Shown: positions 1 through 10,590 of the stretch, piece after piece
Numbering within the stretch: the stretch's first letter is position 1
Layout of the letters: each line of letters starts with the position of its first letter
Assembly: GCA_040182905.1 (NCBI GenBank)
Contig: JARQWU010000005.1
Location: 1 to 64,000 of the forward strand
Reading direction: 5' to 3'
Source of the DNA: Barthelona sp. PAP020
Lineage: Eukaryota
DNA length: 64,000 bases
Program-made: the position numbers and the translations under genes
The notes under the pieces: generated by a model
Told to the model about the DNA's origin: nothing
What the model saw: the letters and a program-made list of their open reading frames with translations, nothing else
The model's database searches: none

Positions 1-103
1 GTATGGTGAAACTGTTGTAAAGAATGGTGTTCATGTTACTGATTTGGTAGATGATGGTCCTCTTGAATCTGCTTATATGTTTGAAATTTTAGATTGGGAA
101 TAG
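1..103 (+). CDS. NME7: 3' end of a nucleoside diphosphate kinase 7 paralog (partial, runs off window start)
   Basis: Frame from position 2 reads YGETVVKNGVHVTDLVDDGPLESAYMFEILDWE*. This matches the C-terminus of the 34604..35731 protein except Y/F at the first residue. Not in the ORF track. Confidence 0.9.
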   Translation, partial: YGETVVKNGVHVTDLVDDGPLESAYMFEILDWE

Positions 104-321
104 AAATTTTTGTGGCTTTATTGAAATTTTGCTCTTCTGTTTGTAATGTGAGTTCTATTTTTCATGATATTGTTAGTTTTAACGTTTATTTCTATTGATA
201 AAAATTGTAATTATTTATTTTTTAAAATCTTTAATGAGAATTGTGAAAGAAATTAACAGCCCAATAAAACGAAAACACAATTTTTAGTAAAGAGTTTTTT
301 ATTTAATATTTTGTTTCAAAA

Positions 322-2199
322 GTGAGTAATAATCAATTCGATATTGAAGAATATCAAATTAATAAGGATGATAATAAGAATATTGTTGTTTTTCAATTGA
401 AAAAATTGGAGGATGTTGAATTCGATTTTGTATCTCTAAATATCGTTGATATGGTTGTGTTTCCAGAAACTTTTGACGTAGGAATTCTATTTGCTGTGTC
501 AAATAAGGTTTTTTTTTATAATTTAAAGGATCAAATGATAGAATTGATAAAAGAATTTGAAGAAACAGAAATTACCAATATAAAAACATATATTAATGAT
601 AAAATTATTTTGGTAGCTGTCGGTTTAATGAATAATAAATGTTGTTTATTTGATTTCTGTTTCCCTGATATTGAGAGATTTATAGAAATTGAAGATTCAA
701 TATGGGGATTGGCTATTAATGAAAAGTACTTGTTTTTTTCTTCAAATACTCATTGTATTTATGCTGTAGACCTATCTAAATTTACTGCCAAACCAATTTT
801 ATTCTATCAACATGACCATAATATTCCCAATTTATATTTGCATTCTTATGGTGATATTGATACTTTAGCATCTGTATGTATTTCAGGGAACCTTTCAATT
901 CATAATGTTAGCAAATTTTCAAAAAAAACTGAAATAAGCGAATTGATGTTCCTTGATTTGAATGAAAATAATATGGATCTTGGTTATCTTTGGTCTTCTT
1001 TATTTATTGACCTATCATCGGGGTGTTTAGAGTTGGATAAGAATAATTTTAATGATTGCAAAGAAGATATTACCATGGTGGAGCTAGAATTTAAGCGCGA
1101 TTCAACAAGAATAATTTTTCGTGAAAAAACTTTGTTTTTTCATTATGAGTTACCAGACGAAATTTCAACAGAATTGGGAATGTTGCAAATGATAAATGAC
1201 ATTGAGGAACCAAAAGATTATTCTGAACTATTTCTTCGAATTTTTCCTTTTGCCTATCCTTTAACAAGAGAAAGCTTCCGATATATCAATCTTTTTAACT
1301 CATTAAAGAAATCTTACATCTATGAAGTTGATCGAAACTGCTTCGAGAATTCATCTTCAAGTCCTGTTTCAGTTGAAAGTATTTCTAGAGATCATAATCC
1401 GCCTCTTATTGAACCTCCTGGTCAAGTGAGTCCTATTGACTTTAATTTACGGTCTGATTCAACTCCTCGTATTAGTGAGACATATTTGATGTCACCTGGT
1501 ACTTGGACAGAATTAGCCAATGAACCCGATGATTTGAACAGCATTGATGAACTTGAAAATGATGATGACAGTGATTTTCTTGAATTGCATGATTCAGACT
1601 TCATACCAATTGACCTAACATCTGAACCTGATGATATATCTCCTGGTTCTGATTCGATTGAACATGATTCCAATGATAGAGTTGATACCATCTCAGAGGC
1701 TTTCACAAGAGTTAAGATATCATTGCCACGAATTAAACAATATAAAACTGTGGATAAACATTTTCAAGTTATTGGATGTGCCTATGGATTAAAGCTGGTT
1801 GGACTTGATTCCAAACAAATATTTGATTTTCAGATTTTTCATTCAAATTATGAGAGATATCCTCGAATTTGTTCACTATATTGGATAGAAGAATTATCTT
1901 TGTTGGTTTTTCTTTCAATGCAAACAATGTCTGTGAATTTAGTTAACATTTTATTGATTGATGATAATTTGATTTTGAAACAACCTAATCTTGATTCCAA
2001 TATCCAAGTTGGCAATGTTGAAAATGAAAATGATGAACAATTTGTTTCGTTTTGTCAAAGTCTTTCATTTTACACAAGTTCTATTGAATTCAATTTTAAA
2101 ATTAAAGCAATGGTTGGAAATAAAATATCTCCATCTGCCCATTTAATTCATTTAATTGGAATGCATGGTGAAACTGCAAATATATTTTTTAATTGCTGA
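322..2199 (+). CDS. CRT10-like WD40/beta-propeller protein with acidic low-complexity insert; start uncertain (GTG 322 or ATG 451)
   Basis: 625-codon ORF. Motifs SIWGLAI, SSNTHCI, HNIPN and LASVCISG resemble the CRT10 family. Confidence 0.6.
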   Translation: MSNNQFDIEEYQINKDDNKNIVVFQLKKLEDVEFDFVSLNIVDMVVFPETFDVGILFAVSNKVFFYNLKDQMIELIKEFEETEITNIKTYINDKIILVAVGLMNNKCCLFDFCFPDIERFIEIEDSIWGLAINEKYLFFSSNTHCIYAVDLSKFTAKPILFYQHDHNIPNLYLHSYGDIDTLASVCISGNLSIHNVSKFSKKTEISELMFLDLNENNMDLGYLWSSLFIDLSSGCLELDKNNFNDCKEDITMVELEFKRDSTRIIFREKTLFFHYELPDEISTELGMLQMINDIEEPKDYSELFLRIFPFAYPLTRESFRYINLFNSLKKSYIYEVDRNCFENSSSSPVSVESISRDHNPPLIEPPGQVSPIDFNLRSDSTPRISETYLMSPGTWTELANEPDDLNSIDELENDDDSDFLELHDSDFIPIDLTSEPDDISPGSDSIEHDSNDRVDTISEAFTRVKISLPRIKQYKTVDKHFQVIGCAYGLKLVGLDSKQIFDFQIFHSNYERYPRICSLYWIEELSLLVFLSMQTMSVNLVNILLIDDNLILKQPNLDSNIQVGNVENENDEQFVSFCQSLSFYTSSIEFNFKIKAMVGNKISPSAHLIHLIGMHGETANIFFNC

Positions 2200-2603
2200 C
2201 TTGTCAATAAAATTACAGCATTATTGTTAATTGTGTTATTTAAAGCTAATTTTATTTTGTTTTTTAACAAAATTGATGTATTTCAAACAATTTTTACACT
2301 TTAAATCTTCAAAGGTTCATTTTCTTAATAAAGAAATTTGTTATTCCATTTATGTGTGGACAAATATAAATAAAAAATAAATGATTGTATCAATGTAAAA
2401 GAATTCTATAAAAGGAGGTTTTTTTTTATAATGTAATCGCCCGAATAATATTTTTCACTTGTAGAATATATGTTGAAATATAAGACAAAAAGGAGCCAAA
2501 ATTAAATGTTTACTGTTTAAAAACCTGTTAACAAAACTCCAAAGCCAAATACCAAGTACTTTTCATTTATTATTTCAAGTATTGCGTTTAATAATGATGA
2601 ATA

Positions 2604-5600
2604 ATGAATATGTTTAAACGATTTTTCAAATTTTCTGGAAGCGAAAGTACAAAATATTCGATGAATGAAACAGACAGTCAAAAACATTTTATTGAATATT
2701 CGATCAAGTATTCAAAGAGAACATGTACAACATTATATATTTTAGTTTCAATTTTTGAGTTTATTTCTTTGATTTCTTTGATATTTTTGTCGAAAACAAA
2801 ATTAGTATATGCATTTTTTTTATGTTTGACAATATTAGTTCAAATATGTTTATTCATTAAACGAAAAGAAAATAAATATTCAACATTATATCAAATTTTT
2901 TTGATTTTTTTGACACACATGTATATTGTGTTAACAAATGAGTCATTTGACATGATTTTTTTATTATTATACATAGTTAGTTCCATTATTACACAATGCG
3001 TTGAATGTAATTTAAAACAATTGATCGTTTGTTCTGTAATCATTTGTTTAATCACATTAGCCACAAAAATAATATGCTTACCATTTAATTATGGAATAAA
3101 ATGCTCTTTTTTTGAATTAGTCTGGTTATATTTTACAATTTTTCTGTGTCAAACATTTGCTTTCAGTGTCAACAAATATAGAAATGTTGTTATTCAACAT
3201 TTATCTCAATTGGCAAATCAGTTGGAAAATATTGATCAGATTTCTTACAATTTGTGCACTAAATTCATTCCGAAGAATGTTTTGGAAGCTTTTGATATTG
3301 AATCAATCAAAAATTTTATTGGAAATTATCATGACTATACGTGGTTGAGTAAATGCTGTGGAATGGTCAATTTCGATTCTGTTGAAAAAAAAAAACGCCG
3401 TGATAGTGTGTTTTTACTCCAAAAATGTGATAAACGTGCAAAAGTACATCAATTTCCACAAAAAATCAAAGTTTACAAAAATGTTCCTGTTTTATGTTGT
3501 TTGTTACCTTCTTTTGCGGAAAGTTTTCAAATGTTTGATGAGGCCGATTTTTTAAACTTTTTTAGAGAATTCTTAATGTTTTTTGACAGTGTAGTGGAAT
3601 CACATAACATGCAAAAGATTCGTATATGTGATAATGTTATTATTGTTACTCCCCTATTGAAAGAATTGGTTGAGTTGGATTTAACCTTTTCATCTGATTG
3701 CTTTTCTGATACAGGTGTCCTGGATTATGAACGTGTTGAAGCTTTTGAAGACAAAAGCACACTGTTTACTGAAGCAAATGATTTTTCTATTGATTTTCAA
3801 AACAGTTTAAACTTTTCTGAAATGGAAAGTTTTATCACTGTGAAAGATGAATTTTTTGAATCCAATGAAAATTTGGGTTCATTCAGTGATTATGAATATC
3901 TTGATGATTCAGCCCAATTCGAGGTTGTTGACAGTTTAGATGTTGAGATTGATCATCAACAAAGTTCTTTAGACATTCAAACTCAAAATCAAATAAAAAC
4001 TTTGGTGAAATTGGGAATGATTTTAAACGATGTTTCAAAGTTGTGTGGTGTTTTAGTTGAAAATGAATTTGATGTTTCAATGGGAATTGCTGTTGGGTAT
4101 TTTTGTGTTACTTTATTGGGACATGAAAATCATAAATTGTATTCTTGGGGCAACGGAATGGATGAAGCGATTCGTTTGGCAAAAATTTCAAGTTTTGCTA
4201 AATTATCGTTTGATCATAAAATCTGTATTCAAGCTTCTTTATTGTATTGTATCAAAGAAAAATTTCATTGTACGCTTCTTAATATTGATGAAAATATATA
4301 CTTAAATGTACATCATATGAAAATGCAAAAAAAACATTCTACCATGAACCCTCAGTCAAATTTCGATGTTTCTTTGAAAGACGTATTTAGTGCGTTTCCA
4401 TTCAAATCTTCTCGATTTCATTTGTGGAAACAGAATGATTATCCATTGTTTACTTCATTTGAATCACCCCTAAAACAATTAAGAGAAAAGAGCACTTTGT
4501 TTTTAAGGAGTATTTATAAAAAATCATACAACGGCGCGATTTTTTTGCGAATGATTTTTTTAATATTGACATTCAAAATTTGTTTGGATTTTTCAACTTT
4601 TTCCAAGTTTTCAAAGTTTGATCAAGGGAATTTATTGATTTCTGTGATATTTAATACTTGTATTTTATTGAGTGGACCCCTATTAATGAACCTTTTGAAT
4701 AATCCCAAAAACAATGTGAGTATAGCAAAATTTTTTCTCATTGCCATAACATTTCATACAATTCAATGTGTTGCTGTTGCCTACACTATTAGTAATGTCC
4801 CAAACATATTACATTTCGGAAAATTTTTTATTTCAAATGACTTTTTTTTGATGTTACATCATCAATTGTTGTGGCTAGTCATGGCAAATGTAATGACGTT
4901 AATTAGCTTTGTAACTGAAGTAGGTTTTAAAGAAACTATGCTAATTATTGCTGTTGGACATGTTTTCATGTTATTTATTGGTATATCAAAGAATAATTTT
5001 GCTTTAATTACTATCACGATTTGCAATGTTTCACAATTTCTTCGTTATTTCTTTTTCAGTGAGATTTGGATTGATTTGGCCTTTTCAATAAAAGTTTGTT
5101 TTCAAAATGTTTTGCATCGTGTTGAAACGTTGAATTTATTTATTCCTCAATATGTTTCAGATGCTCTTTTGGAAAATAGTGGAAATAGTTTATTGTGGGA
5201 TCATTCAGATGTTGTGATAGGTGTAATAAAGCTTGATTTTTCATTGATTAATAAAAAGTATCAAATTTCACTTCGTTGTCATACAAAGAACAATAAAAGA
5301 AAATGTTATTTGAAAAGTGAAAGTGAAAAAGCAAAAATTGACGTTGAAATTTCTAAAATCGATTTTTATTCAACTATTCTAAAACACATGGAAATTATTG
5401 TTGAAAAATATTCTGAAATCAAGTTGATTGATTGGTGTGATGATCAAATATTATTAGTTGGAGGTTTGGTTCCTTCTAATGTATCAAAAATAAAGGGTTA
5501 TGAGAATTTTATTGACAATTCAATCATTTTCAACAGGTGTTCTCAACTGTTAAATTGTATTTTTGAAATTCATTCAATGATCAAAACTTTCAATGAAAAG

Positions 5601-6050
5601 AGCAATAAATTCTGTGTTAAAGTTAATTCCTGTGTCAATTATGGGGATGCTGTTTCTGGGGTGTTTGGGGATGATAGAATTAATTTCTATTGTTATAGTT
5701 CAATCATATATGAAGCCATCAATATCATAAAAAATCAAAAATTGAATGAATTTGTGATAACAGAAGAATTGAATGATTTTTTCACAACAAAAGAATTTGT
5801 TCTCAAATATTCCAAAAGCTATTCCTTTTTGAAAAAAAAAATATTAAAACTTTCTTCATTAAACAATGATGAGTATAAAAATTACATCAAAATTATTAAA
5901 AGCCTTAAAATTGGTGGGTCAGTATTTGGCTTACAAAGACCAAAATTCATTGATCATTCTCATCGTCAATTATTTTATTTCCTTCAGATTGATGCTCATC
6001 ATTATTGGGTAAAAGTCAAAAAGAAAGAAAAATTAGTCACAGGATCATAA
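2604..6050 (+). CDS. Multi-pass membrane protein with two degenerate class III nucleotidyl cyclase-like domains (copy A)
   Basis: TM block - cyclase-like - TM block - cyclase-like layout. QKIRICD, MGIAVG..LLG..YSWGNGMDEAIRL and VNYGDAVSGVFG resemble EKIKTIGD / IGIHxG..GVIG..YDIWGDTVNxASRM. Confidence 0.7.
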   Translation: MNMFKRFFKFSGSESTKYSMNETDSQKHFIEYSIKYSKRTCTTLYILVSIFEFISLISLIFLSKTKLVYAFFLCLTILVQICLFIKRKENKYSTLYQIFLIFLTHMYIVLTNESFDMIFLLLYIVSSIITQCVECNLKQLIVCSVIICLITLATKIICLPFNYGIKCSFFELVWLYFTIFLCQTFAFSVNKYRNVVIQHLSQLANQLENIDQISYNLCTKFIPKNVLEAFDIESIKNFIGNYHDYTWLSKCCGMVNFDSVEKKKRRDSVFLLQKCDKRAKVHQFPQKIKVYKNVPVLCCLLPSFAESFQMFDEADFLNFFREFLMFFDSVVESHNMQKIRICDNVIIVTPLLKELVELDLTFSSDCFSDTGVLDYERVEAFEDKSTLFTEANDFSIDFQNSLNFSEMESFITVKDEFFESNENLGSFSDYEYLDDSAQFEVVDSLDVEIDHQQSSLDIQTQNQIKTLVKLGMILNDVSKLCGVLVENEFDVSMGIAVGYFCVTLLGHENHKLYSWGNGMDEAIRLAKISSFAKLSFDHKICIQASLLYCIKEKFHCTLLNIDENIYLNVHHMKMQKKHSTMNPQSNFDVSLKDVFSAFPFKSSRFHLWKQNDYPLFTSFESPLKQLREKSTLFLRSIYKKSYNGAIFLRMIFLILTFKICLDFSTFSKFSKFDQGNLLISVIFNTCILLSGPLLMNLLNNPKNNVSIAKFFLIAITFHTIQCVAVAYTISNVPNILHFGKFFISNDFFLMLHHQLLWLVMANVMTLISFVTEVGFKETMLIIAVGHVFMLFIGISKNNFALITITICNVSQFLRYFFFSEIWIDLAFSIKVCFQNVLHRVETLNLFIPQYVSDALLENSGNSLLWDHSDVVIGVIKLDFSLINKKYQISLRCHTKNNKRKCYLKSESEKAKIDVEISKIDFYSTILKHMEIIVEKYSEIKLIDWCDDQILLVGGLVPSNVSKIKGYENFIDNSIIFNRCSQLLNCIFEIHSMIKTFNEKSNKFCVKVNSCVNYGDAVSGVFGDDRINFYCYSSIIYEAINIIKNQKLNEFVITEELNDFFTTKEFVLKYSKSYSFLKKKILKLSSLNNDEYKNYIKIIKSLKIGGSVFGLQRPKFIDHSHRQLFYFLQIDAHHYWVKVKKKEKLVTGS

Positions 6051-6110
6051 ACACATCACTTCGTAGAAAAAAGAATTTTTTTTTTTTTAATTTTAACTAT
6101 AGTCACGAAC

Positions 6111-8231
6111 ATGTCTTCAAAAATCGAAAATGAAATTGATCATTTAAAAATATCAGAAAATTTTGAAGAATTAAGGGAAGAATTGTCCCATAAACAAAAG
6201 AAGAACAAAAATCATTTTGAAAGAATGAAACAATCCAAGCAAAAGGATCCTATTTCTGATGATAGAGATTCTAAAGATTTTATTGATTATTCTTTGATTG
6301 AAAATCAAACAAATGAAAAATTCTTTGCTTTTTACAGAAAAATAGTCCCTGAAGACGAATGGGAAGCTTTTACTGATGCTTTACATAAACCTTTACCCGT
6401 TGTGTTTAGATTTGAAACACAAAATCATGGTGAAGTCTTTCGTAATGAACATTTGCCTTTTCTTTTGGCTATTGAAGATTTGCCTGCTCCTTATCAATTA
6501 AACTTTTTGGAACCTTTAGATGTGTGGTGTTATCCAATTGGCCGTACAGAATTCAGACGACATGAAAATTTATACATTCGCAAATTTCACAATTGGTTAA
6601 ATGCTGAATTTGACAGTGGAAATGTTGCCAGACAAGAAGCAGTGTCTATGGTTCCACCAATCTTTTTAAATTGTCAAAAAAATGAAAAAGTTTTGGATAT
6701 GTGTGCAGCGCCTGGTTCAAAAACTTGTCAAATAATTCAAGATGTTGGTAATTATGGATTGGTTGTTGCGAATGATTTTGACCCAAAAAGAGTTGGGATA
6801 TTGAATCATCAAATCTCAAGAAATCCAAGTCCTAGCGTCATTGTAACCAAACACGATGCATCTTTGTTTCCTTTTGTTGAGAAATTTGATAAAATTCTTG
6901 CTGACGTTCCATGTTCAGGAGATGGCACGATCAGAAAAAATGTTGTAATTTGGAAAGATTGGAAAACTGCTGATTCGATTGCATTGCATTCTTTACAGTT
7001 AAAAATTGCTAAAAGAGCTGCTGAATTGTTAATGGTGAATGGAGAAATGGTATATTCAACTTGCAGTATGTCACCTATTGAAAATGAAGCTGTTGTCGCA
7101 TCCTTGTTGAATTGGTCTGAAGGAAATTTAGAATTGGTAGATTGTGATGATGTGTTACCGAATATGAAACGCGCAAATGGTTTTGTTGATTGGGAAGTTC
7201 AGTTGAGTAACCATGGAGGGCGTTCCATTCATCGTTTTGAGAGCGTTCAAACATTTTTAAAAAAAAGAGATTTGGATAATCGTTACAATGAACTTCTGAG
7301 ATGTGAAAATATTGAAGATGTTGATGATGTTGAAATGAGAATTTTAGAAGCTCAATATGATACTACAATTTCTCATGATATGCGTAAATGGGTAAAAATT
7401 TATGGAAAATTGAAAGAAACAATGTTTGTACCTTCTAATGTTGGTGAATTACAACTTCATCGTTGTTGCAGGTTTTATCCTCATCAAAACAACAGTGGTG
7501 GTTTCTTTGTGGCAAAATTCAGAAAAGTTGGTGAAATGTGTGAAGAACCTTCAAAAAAAATCCGTTCTTCAAGTGATATTTCCAAAAAGGACATTTATAT
7601 TCCTTTAGCAGATCCAAAATCTGAACATTTTGGGATAAAAGAATTGTTGAAAACATATTATGATATGAAAGATGAAATTTTGGAAAATGTTTTCCAAAGA
7701 ATCGATTATAAGGCTTTTACAAAAGGAGAACCAAAAAAACATTATCCTACCAATCGATTTTATTATTGTTCTGATCGCGTAAAAGAATTTTTAGTAAAAA
7801 GTGAAAAAGTGAGAATAAAAATTGAAAGTCTTGGTGTTCCCTTTTTAAAATTGCATGAGAAAACCAAAACTAAGGTTCGTTTTGATGCTGATGCAAGTTC
7901 ATTTATTACGCCAGCAATTAATAAAAAATGGGTCATTGAAGTCAATAAAAGTCAAATGTTGGAATTATTAAAATCGACAGACAGCTTAAATAGAGAAGAT
8001 GCCACAAAAATTGGGTTGGAATTTATCTTTGATTCGCCAGGAAATTCATTCAAGCTAATGTCGTTTATATTCAAATGCTCAATCTCAGATGAACAAATAA
8101 TTTATCTACCTGCTTGGTTTTCAGGTGGATCTGTTTGTTCTTTGATGAAAAACAATAGAATGAAAAAATTACAAGAGATTATTTTATCTCATTCAAATAT
8201 AACAGATGATTCAATTTCTATCAGTGAATAA
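6111..8231 (+). CDS. NSUN2: tRNA (cytosine-C5) methyltransferase NSUN2/Trm4 (copy A)
   Basis: RQEAVSMVPP, VLDMCAAPGSKT, DVPCSGDGTIRK, VYSTCSMSPIENE and HQNNSGGFFVA motifs. Confidence 0.95.
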   Translation: MSSKIENEIDHLKISENFEELREELSHKQKKNKNHFERMKQSKQKDPISDDRDSKDFIDYSLIENQTNEKFFAFYRKIVPEDEWEAFTDALHKPLPVVFRFETQNHGEVFRNEHLPFLLAIEDLPAPYQLNFLEPLDVWCYPIGRTEFRRHENLYIRKFHNWLNAEFDSGNVARQEAVSMVPPIFLNCQKNEKVLDMCAAPGSKTCQIIQDVGNYGLVVANDFDPKRVGILNHQISRNPSPSVIVTKHDASLFPFVEKFDKILADVPCSGDGTIRKNVVIWKDWKTADSIALHSLQLKIAKRAAELLMVNGEMVYSTCSMSPIENEAVVASLLNWSEGNLELVDCDDVLPNMKRANGFVDWEVQLSNHGGRSIHRFESVQTFLKKRDLDNRYNELLRCENIEDVDDVEMRILEAQYDTTISHDMRKWVKIYGKLKETMFVPSNVGELQLHRCCRFYPHQNNSGGFFVAKFRKVGEMCEEPSKKIRSSSDISKKDIYIPLADPKSEHFGIKELLKTYYDMKDEILENVFQRIDYKAFTKGEPKKHYPTNRFYYCSDRVKEFLVKSEKVRIKIESLGVPFLKLHEKTKTKVRFDADASSFITPAINKKWVIEVNKSQMLELLKSTDSLNREDATKIGLEFIFDSPGNSFKLMSFIFKCSISDEQIIYLPAWFSGGSVCSLMKNNRMKKLQEIILSHSNITDDSISISE

Positions 8232-8309
8232 ACTTCAGCACGGATTTTTTTTTTGAATGTTCCAACATTTTTAACAGTTTTGTTTGTCAATATAATTGAT
8301 TCAGTGGTG

Positions 8310-8375
8310 AAACTCAGAAAACTCATTCTGGCAAATTTCAGTCAAAACCCTTGGGGTGGAGGAATTAAGGAACTG
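8310..8375 (+). repeat. Left copy of ~65-bp imperfect inverted repeat (partner 11056..11120)
   Basis: AAACTCAGAAAACTCATTCTGGCAAATTTCAGTCAAAACCC... aligns with the reverse complement of 11056..11120 (AAACTCAGAAAACTCATTCCATCAAATTTCAGTCAAAATCCC...). Confidence 0.85.
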
Positions 8376-8594
8376 TAGTGTAATTTAAACGATGAGAGCT
8401 TTGCAATAAATGAAGGAGGAAGTTTAAAGTAAAGTTGATAATCCCAAAATGAAACATTCCAATCCTTCATTGAATCACACATTAGGTAAATAACCTTTTC
8501 CGCATCAAAAAACAAGTAAATTATGATTTATATACAAAGAAAAATGTCCATAAAACATGAATGGAATAAACATGTAACAACACAAACCCACTTA

Positions 8595-9683
8595 CTAATC
8601 ATCATCATCACTTTCATCACTGTCATCTTCCATCTCTTCATCAATATACAGACGCATATTACCACCATTCCTTTCATTGATGTCAATCAAATCCCAACAT
8701 AAGTTGATTGACTTATCAAAATCTCTTTGATTCATGTAAACTCCATCACTGACAAATTCTCGGATGATAACACTGTTAACATTCATTGCAACAAGTGTTG
8801 ATAAAAGATAGCCCTCATTCTTCACTAATTCAATAAACTCGGATTTGGACAAATGCTCAAATTTCAAATCAACAGGCTGGCCACTCTTTAATTGTTGTTT
8901 TAAATTGGGACAGCTCAAAATGCTGTATTGGTTTTTTTTCCATTGTTCATCACTTGTATACAATCTGTTGAAAAATAACAGCATATCTTCACCATACAAA
9001 TTTATTTCGGGACAATCTAAAAGCATCTTGGCAACATCAGGATGACCTCTATAACAACTGACATATAATGGAGAAAATCCACCGTCCCTGCACAAATTAA
9101 CATCAGCTCCATGATCCAAAAGAATTCTGGCAACATCAAGATGGCCTTTTTGACAACTGATGTACAATGGAGAAGCATCATTATTTTTACACAAATTAAC
9201 ATCAGCCCCATGATCCAAGAGCATTTTAGCAACATCAAGATAACCATTTTGACAACAGATGTACAATGGAGAAGCACCTTTATTATTGCACATATTAATA
9301 TCAGCCCCATGATCCAAGAGCATTTTGACAACATTAAGATGACCATTTTGACAACAGATGTAAAATGGAGAAAATCCCCCACTCATACTCAAATTAACAT
9401 TAGCACCAAAATTCAACAAAAACTCAACAACTTCAATATGCCCATTTAAAGCAGCTCCCCAAAGCGATGTCCTTCCTTCCTTGCCCTGTTTGTTTACATC
9501 AACGCCAGCTTTGATACACTGCTTGACAACATCAAGATTACCATCACATGCTGCAAAATAGATCTTCTTTGGTCGACCATTATCTTCAAATCCATCCACA
9601 TCGAACACATCTGGAACAACAACTCGATCCATGTTATACTTAACATAAGGGTCAGTTTCCTCAACTGCAATGTTAACAAACAT
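8595..9683 (-). CDS. Ankyrin-repeat protein with acidic C-terminal tail
   Basis: About 6 ankyrin repeats (SPLYICCQNGHLDVAKMLLDHGADVN). First ATG is at 9683; the ORF track extends to a non-ATG codon at 9764. Confidence 0.92.
   Translation of the reverse strand: MFVNIAVEETDPYVKYNMDRVVVPDVFDVDGFEDNGRPKKIYFAACDGNLDVVKQCIKAGVDVNKQGKEGRTSLWGAALNGHIEVVEFLLNFGANVNLSMSGGFSPFYICCQNGHLNVVKMLLDHGADINMCNNKGASPLYICCQNGYLDVAKMLLDHGADVNLCKNNDASPLYISCQKGHLDVARILLDHGADVNLCRDGGFSPLYVSCYRGHPDVAKMLLDCPEINLYGEDMLLFFNRLYTSDEQWKKNQYSILSCPNLKQQLKSGQPVDLKFEHLSKSEFIELVKNEGYLLSTLVAMNVNSVIIREFVSDGVYMNQRDFDKSINLCWDLIDINERNGGNMRLYIDEEMEDDSDESDDDD
9050..9400. repeat. 99-bp tandem repeat encoding ankyrin units
   Basis: Near-identical blocks (AAATTAACATCAGCCCCATGATCCAAGAGCATTTT) start at 9094, 9193 and 9292. 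Confidence 0.9.
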
Positions 9684-10488
9684 TGTGTGTGAAAAAGAAA
9701 TTAAAAAAACCTGAAGTAATATTTGATCTTTGAAAAAATGTTTGTAGTATTTTTCCAGGAACAATCAGTCGTTTTAATTTTGTCGTTGTCCAAATGAAAT
9801 AAGTAGATTAAGTAGACTGGTATGTGAGATTTTTTTCAATGTATTATTTGATTCTTTCTTGAGATCTCCTTTTTCGAATTGATGCACCTAATTGAACTTT
9901 CTCTATTGATTTAAACATTGCCAAAATGTCACACAATTCTGAAAGTTTGTCATGATGATGTTTGTTCGAATTTTTTAACAAAAGACATTATTCCGATTCA
10001 ATTTTACAGATTTGTTGATGTAGTAATGGTGTTAACATATTTGCACTCACGAAATTCACAAATTAAACTTGCAAAAGTGCGATATGTATCTTCTTTTTTT
10101 CTTCCATTGATGAAACCTTTTTCATTTCTTCAATGAGAGTCTCCAATGTTGTTAGTGTGACAACCTTCAATTTAGTTAATAAAAGCAACATCATTTATTA
10201 TCAAAATTTTTTGTTCTTGTTGTGTTGGACTCCAATAATTGCTATGTTAACAATAAGAAAAGATAAAAATGACCTAACACTTTGCTCCAGTAGTGATATA
10301 AACTTATTTACAATGAAAAGAAACCCAAAGAATCATTTTAGTGAATTTCGGAAAAACTCAGGGTGTGAGATCCAGACTGAAAGTACATTGTGTGAATCCA
10401 GGTTGTGTCTTTGGAAAGAATTTCTGATCCTGCTTTTTTTGTATTTTTGCAAAAAGCAAAATTTTAAAGTTTAAACTTTGTTTTAGAA

Positions 10489-10590
10489 AATCTAAAGTTT
10501 TTCAACAGATCAATCGGCCCTCGAAAGCCTTTAACCAAATAAACACTATTCTTTTAAATTCACTCATACACACACTGCTTCTTGGCTTGG
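10489..10590 (+). repeat. Degenerate direct repeat, copy 1 (partner 11392..11490)
   Basis: Shared blocks AATCTAAAGTTT, TCAACAGA, CCCTCGA, ACTATTCTTT, TTCACTCA and TGCTTCTTGGC in the same order and spacing. Confidence 0.85.

Noticed and set aside
322..327. GTGAGT as a 5' splice site
   Set aside because: No downstream CTRAC-N4-AG acceptor, and the frame is open without splicing.
9017..9449. Repetitive alternative-frame ORFs, superficially array-like
   Set aside because: By-products of the 99-bp ankyrin repeat; no unique spacers and no cas genes, so not CRISPR.
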